A stretch of DNA of 64,000 nt, taken from positions 1-64,000 of IMG/VR virus record IMGVR_UViG_3300027779_002128. One strand, given 5' to 3'. The translations under genes were made by a program, and so were the position numbers. Positions 54,101 through 60,000 of this stretch are shown here, one piece after another (position 1 is the stretch's first letter; the number at the start of each line of letters is the position of its first letter). The notes beneath the pieces were generated by a model. That model ran no database searches and was not told the origin of the DNA. It saw nothing but the letters and a program-made list of their open reading frames with translations. The DNA is from a virus.

Positions 54101-54701
54101 ATCCTTTGTCTGAGTACGCACTAATTTCTATAAAGTCACCTGCTTTAAAAGTTCTTGTTGATGCAAATCTTATAAAACCTTCTCTGTTTACTTCACCGTA
54201 TGTGAAATCAGTAACTGCTACTGCATTTACTTTTATAATAATGTCGTATCCGCTAACTGTTGATGTCATTGTATTTGGGTAGCAACCTATCCAAAATTCG
54301 TCTGTTACAAGATCAACATTAACTTGAGTATAATCGTATGTTGTAATAATTCTTTGTTGCGTAGGATTATCAACAGTTTTCCATGCGTTGTGATATTCAG
54401 GAGCGTCTTTATCTAGTTTGTAATAATAATATCCCTTGATACTTGATGCACTAGTTGTTGTTGCAGATTGATTATATTCTGCTGTTAGTGAACCGTCGTA
54501 TGTACCGTGGTAGTAAGTTGTGCCTAAAACCAGTCCGTTTGGCATATAAAAGTTTTGGCCAAAGAACACATGCAGATGTGAGGTACCGTTACCTCCATCA
54601 TGTGTATTTGATTTAGCTTCTGTGGCATATAACGGGTAATGTCCGTCGATTGCAAACGGTCCTGCTGTGTTACCTGCCCCAACGAAATTTACAGTTGCCA
54701 T
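33138..54701 (-). CDS. Giant (7,187 aa) multidomain virion/baseplate-associated protein
   Basis: Uninterrupted 21.5-kb ORF; YHYH-like segment (GWAFDGLPIYGPYG, YHYV), PA14-like segment (GYFKAP..SDDG..AGKYY), CBM5/12-like Trp motifs, repeated GxGY..AP.V...ATATA units. Confidence 0.8.
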   Translation of the reverse strand: MATVNFVGAGNTAGPFAIDGHYPLYATEAKSNTHDGGNGTSHLHVFFGQNFYMPNGLVLGTTYYHGTYDGSLTAEYNQSATTTSASSIKGYYYYKLDKDAPEYHNAWKTVDNPTQQRIITTYDYTQVNVDLVTDEFWIGCYPNTMTSTVSGYDIIIKVNAVAVTDFTYGEVNREGFIRFASTRTFKAGDFIEISAYSDKGLVSTTGISKYEIPLSWGHNTKNTDITYISAPEYTGQFKDHIEGQEGFTGKSLGSNNYQDGPKVAGIENNIVQTNQDILLGAFLLDDQPGNLVDALRFNANEYVKFKNRVRHEIEKYYSDKSVTGLSNEYILEQVLRNVTSFKIGKDVFSKTYILPFGDNYTKQDFIITLGTTAYTLTKYLDLDLIENSLLVYLNNKLLTVEKDYTISSYNPIEITLVTTVTAGDTLCTKLYNAERDSAQCPPTPSTMGILPLHQPIIATDTSFKTSISTLIGHDGSRQKAFGDFRDDILLEFETRIYNSAKAEFRTANSLPAYNSIDIRCGAFRTNGYTHNEFHDLLRHYFSAWNISNKLDPVVNEFYDSTDEWTWNYSSTDLPGHWRGFYEYYYDTVRPNTHPWEMLGFTEKPLWFDAQYYVYADTDVSKSTPSINYGSTNIVLWADLEQGIIRQGPRKNTTSYTVNNPYRRIGLSKVLPIDSSAKLISPYRIKTTDSSSITVDWANTTGTADSLFAFRTGSFRALDGISVSTDNNKLYVESNNLPTTTSKTTEQKTTFAFPRLTQLNDSSSWNASSQTKAGAVGVLVNGDPLMSLDSGKWWDNNKTYDTATWIYNKGQESGLGNSTITTAGVKTHYTITPEVIGLTAWATDSASPIVGWAFDGLPIYGPYGYSDASDNTSSIVRIKSGWELDTRARGTGNADETTGPGGKPTGQYIKDFKISASAGSSGYTTSYNMRLAVTPDSATPIYHYVATINADGTPAFPYHVGGGIISTDRWKGEYRSVSEQVGAVTSINVTDKGGLYTSAPSVVITGDGNNAAATAVITNKKLTSVTVTTPGSGYTYATATITGGGGVRAKVTVSVSGKDNSTFSGKTNSSATAALTSTKSTTLAKGTGLDGVWKFGDGAPVENAFKYSSTYPFALAEALLLAKPGRFATVFSDPTTLSRPAVNNTQFLSKNTNKRWKFLNTTDFKIHGDVNKTTGKMHTNIGYTQFINSWLKFQGLDTTLNFATPLRSLNVKLAHRMSGFIDKDTLSARTDQYSNSGNATSLIIPKENITTTLHSSNYKSRNFYSGVVVEQTSTGYRVRGFDKNRGYFEVIEGIKTGKSLRIEVGGDPETFSVWKQGVTYSTGNIVQYRNNFYQAPLSITSGTIFDTKLWQRLAKLPQIDSATAVQYLDSTEVIKRIPYETEYTTVQEVVDLMINLGRFQASQGFDFSQFDSDIAAVKDWAYSAKQFLFWTTGVWQIGNTIELSPLAGNVKFIAPRGFIAKINRTDREQFAILDQIGEGIDPTHCTILRENDYIEVSPPTGSQIYSLMLFTKEIEHALVFDNETNFSDVIFNDTFNQRHKRIKLKGQRTANWEGKFLSQGFIIDGEELLPNLDNMAESLGRYHEFGFIPVEKQVYQASRSLFGYTERDYLTELDIQDDEQFDFYRGMIQGKGTKESLGRIARSSAVVSGNVSIFDEWALRVGDFGDTENDQSIELKLVKTEITQDPQLITLDFPENVTNIVERVDVVDATYAYNIVPSIEISGPGIGGVQATATATLDTATSKLQKITVTNSGSGYGAIPTAKVLASNIVLSSGSSTINKTIAPISNYFDFTQTTASITIADALSSNTAQVITVTNGGSAITTANVLTAINDNLAINANVKVSLVPSEVISGSSTVTKYTAIFAGKDFYLDNADNFGTDNSNANVHYQPIQRYAVSSAMAGSTTQTTINDVAVTIDGTAVASSYFTYDSGSISSVTTTATYPSLDTTATRADGVIVYPEQNNSFTITLSTAIDTNNLEVGEDGNYKFVDLYIGNVLISNNHNSLAFGDHDNNSSTADQQYTTVNGTMFTIAANGASVTFPDVKRLPESVKSTIMNPPTTADADGKQQQIVKVIASGTVIKVIEDPTVTLATSLKTDIPGAVLNIKVTAQDGIAVRMGTKRNYAVTADDKNDDTILIDIDDSTRFIKKPTGVKENNLWPTTKLVNASGLTDPKYATIKNAGYVNKGNVTFQSFDIASLPELYSSDLIFKPTTNDLVHIAYSEDNDWNVYKLTPTDASVHYLKRNAGGKVSLLTNDSLFNYLDTNEIGTTDSGKYLDYYLSLDNANINNQVVVWTNENVVQEKQSQITDFSAPQMIQARIESIGPQVSKTITAVNPHLGKIINGVTLTPINKSDKVVATGDITSISNLDAFQLVDNVGIETQNPATLTAGGTNQVVVDPIRVESITVSSGGSGYASAPTVTLTASPTSDTASALATIIGPISTAVTIGNGGLGYAAPILIISDPENTDPDSSSPTFGLANVATATATINSDGTITAVTVTNAGAGYTTAPTITVQGDATVTALLTSTLNALVDSIVMYNRGSGYSATSVAVTVSGNATATATKTTPATSPIAKLYAAASNNATKVGIRFLSDMKDSLAFKITTPRTVSEQATYDAIKVIQNRRFKLISYNTTTGTFILQHPAFGVANVITNLKNIGYEAKVVTTFTPNGATHFTVTDTGYRRFEFEDITSGSTIGYSQNVTIRHLNKSKLTIANHCLTVGDTIRVFTNTFSGAYNIDTVIDTDNVIIKAPYIPGFSSGSIYGDGIQIKTVAPHGISPIYASSNKSIAVHFADPKAYNKTYIIDSLTPNTINIGGRWAPITGTATYYEHKIATLTGATAYDGTNSATATNVVDVTNDPKLNEIIVTYSANSNIVPPQFVRSEGAKIKIHTDALPAVTPANTYPPVGISVARQRGRDSDRYPLVTTLGFDEVNVNGSTFKIDNINSAKAVESSINRAIGLRREHVRQKDRGSEVGFVIMNNPDTTVFNGLSSKYISNYGAYINDPSLVNEISGGALVSEKSISYASAGENVIDNEFNPGPLNSGPIHGLAYTDPDTLIYYIWNAPLGKYRAYSSTQETTTPSANSNKSAVPSNHQAQTVAQYTTWEASVGFTVSSDPLENIAYWSGAIVSHNSKSYKASADITMSNNTVFEVARWAELVGNTSSTTLSGYFADATAENNANLLLNVIPTNNSVSATAPGTKRISYNMLSTVTKTLANSSTVTIPTFRLAVSELNLFEVYEAVQNDGAGSANGDVYYILVDKINPEIVDSPIDYYGTVNLWSSFGNYKRTEYYYINGITPTVDASNRITNRLDPMRVESTVSVVNLPPVEPAAFIGLQTIEEPFAVTGGNNSDPVANINAISGLKITGNTVTVSDTGHNKFFMWTPGLKPNMWKPSDGPEGPGYLPGVNGGDTVFGYGRGYYTLNDTHLPTDYPDVASYVETDKTPYSGLMPRFMYSKKFTVSPEAVAYKIEIFTDTDGNIISEEEAEILGRVPGTITLPEYVTSTNEDIGITGIRPEELFVACFWTEEHVYTNQLTSWNYSILNAAGQPTPVLSNYTGTVTRVKYIRLTELPGNAHTSRLIPDTGWAGRGWNNTIADRLPTDYNEDSILDLFRPTTVAGGSTDSDDEGVTVELGIGDQIADGEVNVGKTGQLAPGTTNAHTIPTTPLGPMLNGEFLAGLPGPCATLPELTSPANDSSSCAAELGQLEYAIIDNTNAQRRGEDIVLTKEEAADVGIDQTGSVTYTDNESFDFSAGTSAGTYADKFDTSNWQYVNVNISGNNSIRVFFDFLESSTQLEHGSVVMVQNTEPYFYATEGKAGLVDDSVINPFTGAETGVSNGGWVKNPNGANKRPTKELNWWMNARVLESTQVSGDARGTKGDQVSQYGVDFIGNTNLKRNDIVDSNLISQRQSREDWAFDASSNPGPVASESDQRVSANHINTTTGMLQFSGDTDLDSTKKSDHADNRAKWLQHDIGVSGIGFISSAVKCSLGEYVTIFIRPDSTVTRADTQTTAVLWQAIIEFTGAVVDSDLINPPTAACVEGHSTAYTQGAVKSTWQGTNSWGYFGQHKSDNERFDRNKTGYQKKVHCDNIYYPYMRLPNPYNSGAYNSMPDAKWGEWQHCHNHDKVATGPGVRELAKTTISTIQRTTLAKYSSTELKGYFKAPYTGRYLCNGYSDDGIWAWISSEYTTTSHNGKPVRMGVDDLAGVGADTRHEYFKGDGFDKSDKYNYHRDNCLLRTGWMTTDDNNQSNKPGDRYVDMEAGKYYFVRMIAGNNKGPGYFDMTWTCTTGVSNFTITSEETQAGESTQSHSVGVKQGRFTFTGRSCAVETPATTGNADTTSGNSTWVNKYAAFATDSQARRYEALADVQNCAVGNTSNWSSCQLTLWSDIGVCPSGENCPDITANGGGIDTPGVAPGYVNWSKFQLDGEWVTLPNGERIWIPYIDLSGIGLGVGNSTTPGQQHLTGFNFLPYSAKLPVKAKVLDPQNYAFTSSELDADTVVSGQAQRVSGGLIIPFAKKLTTVSRTPYVLKSSEASDEPWGKNLENSNDLNKTTKYVKYAPRKIGSTVSLGGTTVNNITSTEAGNQWKNDSANDTTEYTGPSFDEPGTNTSTDETAGGNPTGSDVETYLKTQRQELALADVDNIIYNSMPIINITPRAIDNNGNYYNGGPTAQAYLRKPTPETDIDLNDLIGIADGTELLINGRRIVKRGSTGIDIKTQVNCANMGITAEIDDATNTLALISCTSLPFTIANGCGGGTFKQVGDFHINRGFDQSTTVSETFVAPFISPTKELTKGGEGNASVSVGGGGGGSVAGPITVNDYRRLADGSLEKFYRRPGSNNADVYETPARIPLETTNRSTGGSNYMVGDRLRLIGGTPETNVLAPLSDEVCIVSAGSGYTNPANLTVIFNESISTPGVGGAATVTKLDENGGIAEVIVINQGAGYDIDNPPALTIKDTSPIPTVVEIDAAWTSNVTLTAGTVASINEIIQITDGNGKLTGDTEISSRYVRAIGEVQLGESKTWNVTSGDVSYKDPAITSTMPRVEIALAPGNTSHIRAESYVQLSYFPGTTLNDYYITVNGAVSSSTTFVLDSLNDVNGNQYVKAGQVMSWNNGGTMTIFGYVTAVNVATKTVTLDTAVTLTDEMTVYFVSPQKKLYWIPKTVEGKASVYDNKFVIEDASFLSSGIVTNLFGAGAKITVTGRKAWYADLTANGKLVDTINPTTPKNDAKLTIAVGQNVTLDANGNPKEDKRGNGPLRVAKFIVTDVNTTGAITAIRIIDRGLYKEFPTDLTMGIPLEYDYALQGALRQNTSLETLAEQVEQVTYDASRTLGYGDPTQPELTLYGPDHPEYQYAPFSSTKELALRNSENLSVNDKLILDRLVAKQNTVQGLTDLEIAQLNALIIELTNTLGYDKGFKHPDWEKYPEFVWDGAHFQPYSGTPGAYDPTTYVCVDLRSASKAAYLESPQLWAKEQFNLGKLILKTKVIERDPKKYNYGYYNPDEQAGGEGARVFLTAQEIPNCTERGNAKDLLGLPDTVSETFAPRSLSRALNNALNGAGYLPSEARSEYTPFGDSGEVTFVSDTFPGWNIDSPTPGTLEKLGIPIGDYNNGMLCITAILEADSGATEYTDEQAIADIQELYDTNDELGLLTTQQLQERYPEAADGMFTNTAILTLICAEKIAPISPPSRLDAYGTGKLGMFNKLMPNGVDPYGLNDNNSIFGDGSSSRMSELFAYDISDIFGNEVTLNGTAKQSAPVNYFASKRFNKRNVIADLEPTISNTSPTTTLMEEPKAWVDNYSNLKQAIIDNASGVTNYTNTVYTMADFVEGGWAYLENGIPTRWQTPLVDVEFINNALVYDPDTGNKINDLDFWDPFKGILPGFISNEISFISEYDPVSYNNARTNFGKNNIGKVWWDTSTIRYNWYEQGTDKERNANWGSAFPGSQVTVCEWVESKAKPVNWTGDGQPRWSNRFVTERRQDAKTGEYTMYYYYWVTNRRELDDRAKRNENRQLDIRTIAKYIADPVGYGLDMISFVSDKSMLLHNISDIREEESHLQINLSRNLNPEGISHTAWKLMREGDTDSSVPDHLTDKLIDSLCGENAEASPVPDPKLSDVEKYGIAFRPRQTMFKDVKAARRVMVSVLNRILSNIRTNSVNPGWDASLPTARAYLTTTDWFDVQRTDPVTNEAIRYTDTLKPIFNVTSVSELKGITSVKDGGVVQVKSNQNDTSQLWMYNGPTKKFKLVSVVNDTVKLPTTVYTDNTNPTLSSELRLILTALKDNVFVSTVHWNELFFEMMKHAYMEQKQLSWAFKTSYLYINKEENDLITLNGFKADNFQKVLDYMNEVKPFSAKIREYKDGKSTPIDSIGQNNISDYDRPPFVDLVTGTVRILDEGVDQDVNIMSNSRQYIDYVTATADGYTTSDPIRRANTTISFDRTNYQLTERAWDVANVSLQTSIGYNIANLSVQTKQEVSANASVRAADKLFKFDAEVQAQFIAEVNTHYNDVTAARNTTIVGNGTVMAGLVTNGKLKNTLALIKDKVGGNFRGETLDATKFSSIVDQADYMSAIQTDFGFDSDLFDENTDNDDTVFTDSRDLTNYGPVTTYGIGDTKWDNSKQIVSYEGVFDSNANPVTLRKNGESYDGFDGITFQRVAYGEERPEELALLDPLESVIFTVTTSDFSRGAAGNVSVFDGLDVANATLFHSTTSLKEDNSSVVITRGGIGYKTPTVVITDALGNLPTTTAVATASVNAAGTVTAITVSTGGAGYTEIHLALTETLTETTSSAVYVNDNKLPFVSVSNVLVGQIITIAGKDVGEVASISGTTVTVNSMLKNDVASGTVVSVRGQNFNYKLTNTIVTATAGVDPDDSDNFFAVDSTNGWDAATTVGGTGSYDTALTVVQERETTKVSPSAREVTYRMHHSLFGDVDFLRISSTATTKITKAMTISSTSITVDNASFLPNPTSIIPGSIWVGPERIQYGRRNGKVLSALTRGAFGTSTGTHPIGQPVYSAEATEHFNNLNPSSNVWLDTGTRYSSPSTWDEAVDNTPGDTTDNDWTVSGAWDKIAAGNITTADVGVTITNVTSTTATLTAIGTGVANIALQEGIRVFANANVALFEVVKVSANASSVWAITASYADTLDNTLFVENGTATLRSFVYAGQDGSDDFDSATISGQSALSLADRGNADLANATSIMKFLHKL

Positions 54702-54832
54702 TAGTACGAGCCTCCTGTTGTACTTGTACTAGTATTTATCGTTGTAGAATTCGTGGTATTTTCAGATGAAGTTAGTGTTCCATTGTAGTTTCCATGGAAG
54801 TATGTTGTGCCTAAAACCAGTCCGTTTGGCAT
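54517..54832. repeat. 29-bp perfect direct repeat inside a duplicated ~70-codon module
   Basis: gttgtgcctaaaaccagtccgtttggcat at 54517-54545 and 54804-54832, both encoding MPNGLVLGTT. Confidence 0.95.
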
Positions 54833-57070
54833 GTAAAATGTCTTTCCGAAGAATACATGTTCATGCGTTGTGCTGTCGCCAGCCGCCTGTGCTAGTGCTT
54901 CTTTTGAGTATAAAGGATAGTAACCATTTATAGAATATGGACCGCCTGTATTTGATGCGCCTAGTGTTACGCCTGTTGAAGTATTAGTACCGTATGGCGT
55001 ATAACTAAAACTTTCAGTTTCAATAAAGTTTTCAAAAAGTATTTCGCTTTGTGCATTGTATTGTTTGTACACTAAATATGTTCCTAATTGTGGATCAACT
55101 GTTGTACTTTTACTGATGTTTGTTGAATCAGTAATTGGCACATCTTCAGCATAGCCAAATATTTTGCTACCGTTAAATGTTGAAGTAGGATATACCGCAA
55201 TATCATCTAGTGCATTTCCATCACTGCTATATAAATTGAATAACGGTGCTTGGTTGTTTACTATTTTTTCTTGACATAATTGCCATTGCAATCCTGTCCA
55301 TTTAAATTCTTTGCCTAAGTATGTTTCGCCACCTACGACAGAAACTGTTTGATTCGTTGATGCTATTAACGGCTTAAATATTGCAGACCCTTCTTTAGCG
55401 CCAGATGGGTTAGTGTCTGGGTCGCCTAGTTGTTCTAGCCTGTACTGAGAATCTATATAATAACCAGTACCACCAGTTGTCATAGTAACACCTGTTACTG
55501 CTCCACTGCTAACTGTTGCTGTCGCTGTTGCTCCAGTACCGTATGTGTCTGTTATTGTAATAACTGAACTACCAGTGTAACCTGTTCCGCCTGCTGTAAC
55601 TGTTATTGCACTCATACTACTTGTTCTACCTTGGCCTGATAACGTAACACTAAATGTTGCGCCTGTACCTATGGATGCTGTTACTACCGGCTTCATTGCT
55701 ACTTTAGTTAACTTGTATACATATTTTGCAATTTCTTTTGTTTCATTGATAAAAATTAAACTGCTATAGTTTAGTTTGTTTAATCCATCTATTAATGTTG
55801 TTTTTGGTGAACCATCTAATTCTTTGTATGTAACATTATATGCCACTGCATCTATATCTGCAATAGACTTAAGAGTGCCGTGATTGTATAATTCTAAATC
55901 TTTATCAAATTCTATGACTGGTCTAGAAGCTCTAAACTTCCTGCTAGGCAAAGAGTCACTGGCGTCTAAAAAGTTATTTCTGTGATACCAAAAGTTTATT
56001 CTACTCCATACATTATTATTTAATGCATTTCTTTCTTGCACAATATAATCCATTGGTGCCCTATCTGCCACTTGTACTGTAAATTTTAATGCACTATAAT
56101 TAGCATGTGCTTTAATTTCAGTAACAAGTTCAACAATGTTTCTTGGTTGAGTAGTTGCATGATTCAATGTAATAGTTGTTGTACCGTCACTTAATATTGT
56201 TGCACCGTTGTATCTGTTTAATGTACCAACGATGATTGTTTTAATTTCTTTTTGCAATGCTGGTGCATTTGCTCCAGCAATATAAGTTAATGGAATACTA
56301 ACGTCTGTTGTAATTGCATCACCTGTTTGTGCCGCTGTGTATGTTACTATATCTGTAACTGTACCAGCAATTTTCCAAACTAAGTCAATATTTTTACTTG
56401 TATACATAGTTGACGTATACCTAGCACTTAGGTTAACTATTTTTTTAGTTAATGTAATAGCTGATCCGACGCCTTGTACAACATATTCAATGTTGTGCTT
56501 TGTTGCTGGAGCTACATAGTCTCCTGAGAATGTAACAACCATACCGTTACGGAATGCTTTACCGCTAGTAGGTGTAAATTCTTTCTTGCCAACAATATCT
56601 GTATCAACATCTATATAATTTGTTACAGTACCGGTAACTACAATTGCAGTAGGACCGTACGGATACCAATAGTACTCTTGATAGTTTATAAACTTATCAA
56701 TGTTAATTGGAGGTAAAAATGATGAGTACTTTTCTGAAAAAATCTTGTTATGGTTAAGTGTATTAACTCCGTATGTTTGCAGAGTATCTACAAGCTCGTC
56801 GTAAAAGAATAAGTTTTCACTTTTTCCTGTGGTTGTATTAATTGTATTAACTGCTGGGCTTAGTCCGTAAAACTTTTTAACTGTTGTTGGCTCAGCAAGA
56901 AACTTTCCAGCAACATTAACATCGTCACTGCTTGGAGAGCCAATATAGCCTTGTATAGAATCAACATTTGATTTACTAAATAATTGTTCTACTGTACTCT
57001 CAAAAAAGTTCTTAATAGCAGTCGTTTGGAGGACTGCTGGCAACTTTTGATACACTTTCTTTTCAGACAT
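54701..57070 (-). CDS. Virion/baseplate-associated protein, probably the N-terminal partner of the giant protein
   Basis: LPAVLQT..FFE..QLF..GYIG; DKFINYQEYYW; TAATG-coupled to the giant ORF. Confidence 0.7.
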   Translation of the reverse strand: MSEKKVYQKLPAVLQTTAIKNFFESTVEQLFSKSNVDSIQGYIGSPSSDDVNVAGKFLAEPTTVKKFYGLSPAVNTINTTTGKSENLFFYDELVDTLQTYGVNTLNHNKIFSEKYSSFLPPINIDKFINYQEYYWYPYGPTAIVVTGTVTNYIDVDTDIVGKKEFTPTSGKAFRNGMVVTFSGDYVAPATKHNIEYVVQGVGSAITLTKKIVNLSARYTSTMYTSKNIDLVWKIAGTVTDIVTYTAAQTGDAITTDVSIPLTYIAGANAPALQKEIKTIIVGTLNRYNGATILSDGTTTITLNHATTQPRNIVELVTEIKAHANYSALKFTVQVADRAPMDYIVQERNALNNNVWSRINFWYHRNNFLDASDSLPSRKFRASRPVIEFDKDLELYNHGTLKSIADIDAVAYNVTYKELDGSPKTTLIDGLNKLNYSSLIFINETKEIAKYVYKLTKVAMKPVVTASIGTGATFSVTLSGQGRTSSMSAITVTAGGTGYTGSSVITITDTYGTGATATATVSSGAVTGVTMTTGGTGYYIDSQYRLEQLGDPDTNPSGAKEGSAIFKPLIASTNQTVSVVGGETYLGKEFKWTGLQWQLCQEKIVNNQAPLFNLYSSDGNALDDIAVYPTSTFNGSKIFGYAEDVPITDSTNISKSTTVDPQLGTYLVYKQYNAQSEILFENFIETESFSYTPYGTNTSTGVTLGASNTGGPYSINGYYPLYSKEALAQAAGDSTTHEHVFFGKTFYMPNGLVLGTTYFHGNYNGTLTSSENTTNSTTINTSTSTTGGSY
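54733..54739 (-). promoter_or_regulatory. ATAAATA motif plus AGGAGG RBS for the giant gene, inside the end of the 789-aa gene
   Basis: tatttat 54733-54739; cctcct near 54711-54716. Confidence 0.5.
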
Positions 57071-57073
57071 TTA

Positions 57074-60000
57074 CTATGATCCTAATGTTTGGTTATCTAA
57101 TCTACTTACAATTTCTATATCGCTAACTGTAGCGGTGCTTATGAATAGTTCGTTTGGCTCTGCTTTAACTTGGAACATCTCGCCAAATTTTCCTGTACTA
57201 GTTTTAGGTAATATAACAATACTACCTATGTTACTACCTAGTTGCTGATGAATGTATGAGCTTAATTCAGTAAAGTAAAAAGACTCACCAAATTCCCAAT
57301 TAGTTACAGCAAAATATATATTAATAGCATTAATAACCTTAGCTTTTAGTTCGTTGTCGCTAATTTGATCCGACAACTTAATTACTTTAAACTTCGCTTG
57401 GCATACTGCATCTGCAGAAGAACCAAACAATAATTTAAACTTGGCACTACGATACACTAATGTATCACTCGCACTCTTATAAGAATCGAGAATTGCAAAC
57501 TCAGATGATAATTCGTCGCTTGTAGGTTCTAGCGGGAAAGTACCAATTTGTCTTGCTTGCCATTCTAAAACGTCTGTGTAATAACTTGTAGTTAATACTA
57601 CCATCTCAACAACATTACTAATACTTGGATCAATTCTAACATCACTTGGTGCTACATGGTTCCATCGTATTGTTCCTGGTGCTATAAAAGGAGCATCACT
57701 ATTCTGTGTTTTACCTCTACCGTTTTTAACAAAGTAGTCAGTAGTTAAATTTAACTTAACTTGCGTTAATGATGTACTTAGCGGAGTTAATTGATATGTT
57801 TTCATATCGTCTGCTGTTGTAACAATTAAACCTTTTGTGTTAACTAAATCTTCAAACTGTGTGGCAACTGTTTTGTTTTTAACAACTATCCACTGAGAAC
57901 TGCTCAACGATACATCTTTTCTATATGATGTAGGCGATACAGTATCTCTGGCATCGTTAATTAATAATGTATCTTCACGCCTAAAATCTCTAATAACGCC
58001 TGTGTACGGCTTATCGTATTTGTATCCATCAAAGTCTGTGTAATATGAAAAGAACACATAATCTGTTGCGTCAACATATTCTAAGAACTGTATTGGTCTA
58101 TCTGGTACTAAGTCGTTGTCAGTATCTAACGGAGCAACAATAACTTTTCTGTTATCAGTATAACCGTCTGATTCTTTAAAACTGTCCACTACTTCCCATT
58201 CAATAGGCTTATCTAATTTCTCTCTGCTGTTTTCGTAATGAACAACAATTTTATCTCTATAAGGCGGATTAGCAGTATCATCTCTGGAATAATGATAATC
58301 GCCATTTTGTACTCTTGCGTATTCTAGTTTACCTACGCCTGTAACAGTATCGTATGATTTTAAATGCAATCTACCGAGGTCCGGTGTGCTGTCAACTGCT
58401 GAGCCGTCTGCTCCCCATGACTTAACTGTTTCTGTTGCTCCTGCACCTGTGCCTGCAACTCCGTTAGCAGTAACAACTTGAGCTCTTGATTTGAAAATCT
58501 TTTCTGTTCCAGCTGATCCTTCATTAGGTACTTGTCTATAAACCATGTATGGGATAGATTCTGTAGTATCCACAAATTTTATACCGAATGTAGTATCGTT
58601 AAATGGTATATCAATTTTGCTAGGTAAACTTTGTATAGTTCCGATATTGTTTGCAATAACTACATTAGTTTCAGAAGTAATACCACCTACTTGATGGTAA
58701 GTATTTAGTGTTACTATTGCTTCGTCAACATATTTATTATTAACAACTTGGTCAGCAACATTTGTTCCGTAAGTTTTAAGTATACCAAAGTTACTAACCC
58801 ACTGGGTGTCAACGTCAGTTGCCTTTGTATCTCTAGTTCTTAATGGTAAGTTTATTGCTAAGCCTATTGGTGTTATAGCAATACCATGTTCTGTATTGGT
58901 CCATTGCGTTCCACTCCATTCGAATGTTTCCGATGTGCCTGGCTTAGTATTTGTGCTGGTAATAATAACTGTATCTTTATTACTTTTATTATCACTGCCT
59001 AAAGTTTTTACCGATTTAACGTTGTAAAACTTAAGGTCTGCCTCACTTTGTACAACGTATTCTGCTCCACGTATCGTCATTTTATACTTATAGTTATTAA
59101 TATCAATAGCACTATATTCCATTAGTATAACCCAACTGTTTGGGCCTGCTTGTACAGAATTTAAACTATAACTGCCTGTTTTACTTGCTGTTGTAAGCTC
59201 TGTGCTAGGTATTTTATACCAAGTATCAGTTTGTAAGTTATAACCTATTCCGAATGTTTCTCTGTTCTTTATGGCTGTTTCGAAGCCAGAAGCTCCACCA
59301 ATTTCTGCTGTGCTAAATAGTTTTCTCATTGAAACAATAACTTCACGCACTTCCCATGATGAGTTAACTTCTTCACTTAATGTAATTGGCCCTATGCTGG
59401 TACTTAGTCCTGCACTTAAGGCTCCACGGTTTTCTATGTTAACAATTCTTACCCACTTATAGCCTGCTAAATCAGATGGGTTAACAAATTTTAAGAAAGT
59501 GTTTTCTTTAAACATTGATGTTTTTGCTAAAGTGTTAACTAATACGTTTCTATTACCATCAGTAAATTGTTCACTGATATAACCAGTCTTACTTGTTTCT
59601 GTTAACGGTAATGCATTCCATAATACAGCATCATGTGCCGTGTACCTAAAGTTTGCATAAGCTCCGCCTGTAGCAGTATTTGTCCAAACGTTTCTCATTT
59701 TATAATAAACAAAGTTATTAACTTTTCTATCTTTTAATGCGGCAGGGATAACACTAGCAACAACTTCTAGAGCTGTTGTGGCGTCATTAACTGTAATTTC
59801 TTGTTTATAGTTACTGTTGTTAGCATAAACAAATGCATCATCGGCAAATGTGTCAATGTTATGATATGTACCAGTTGGGTCATTTATATCAATATAACGA
59901 CTATGGCCTGAATGCGTTCTGTTTATTGCTTTAATTTTTGTTACATTACTACTTTGTGTTTCTGGAAATACATTGTAGTCTTGAGCACTAACCATTCTAT

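Noticed and set aside
54699-54703. Sequencing frameshift splitting one gene
   Set aside because: Clean TAATG coupling, AGGAGG RBS and an upstream ATAAATA support a genuine second start.
54476-54964. Duplicated module as a DGR template/variable repeat, split intein or assembly artefact
   Set aside because: Differences are not adenine-restricted and no reverse transcriptase is present; no intein C1 or HN-C/S/T motifs; the copies are diverged, so not a simple mis-assembly.
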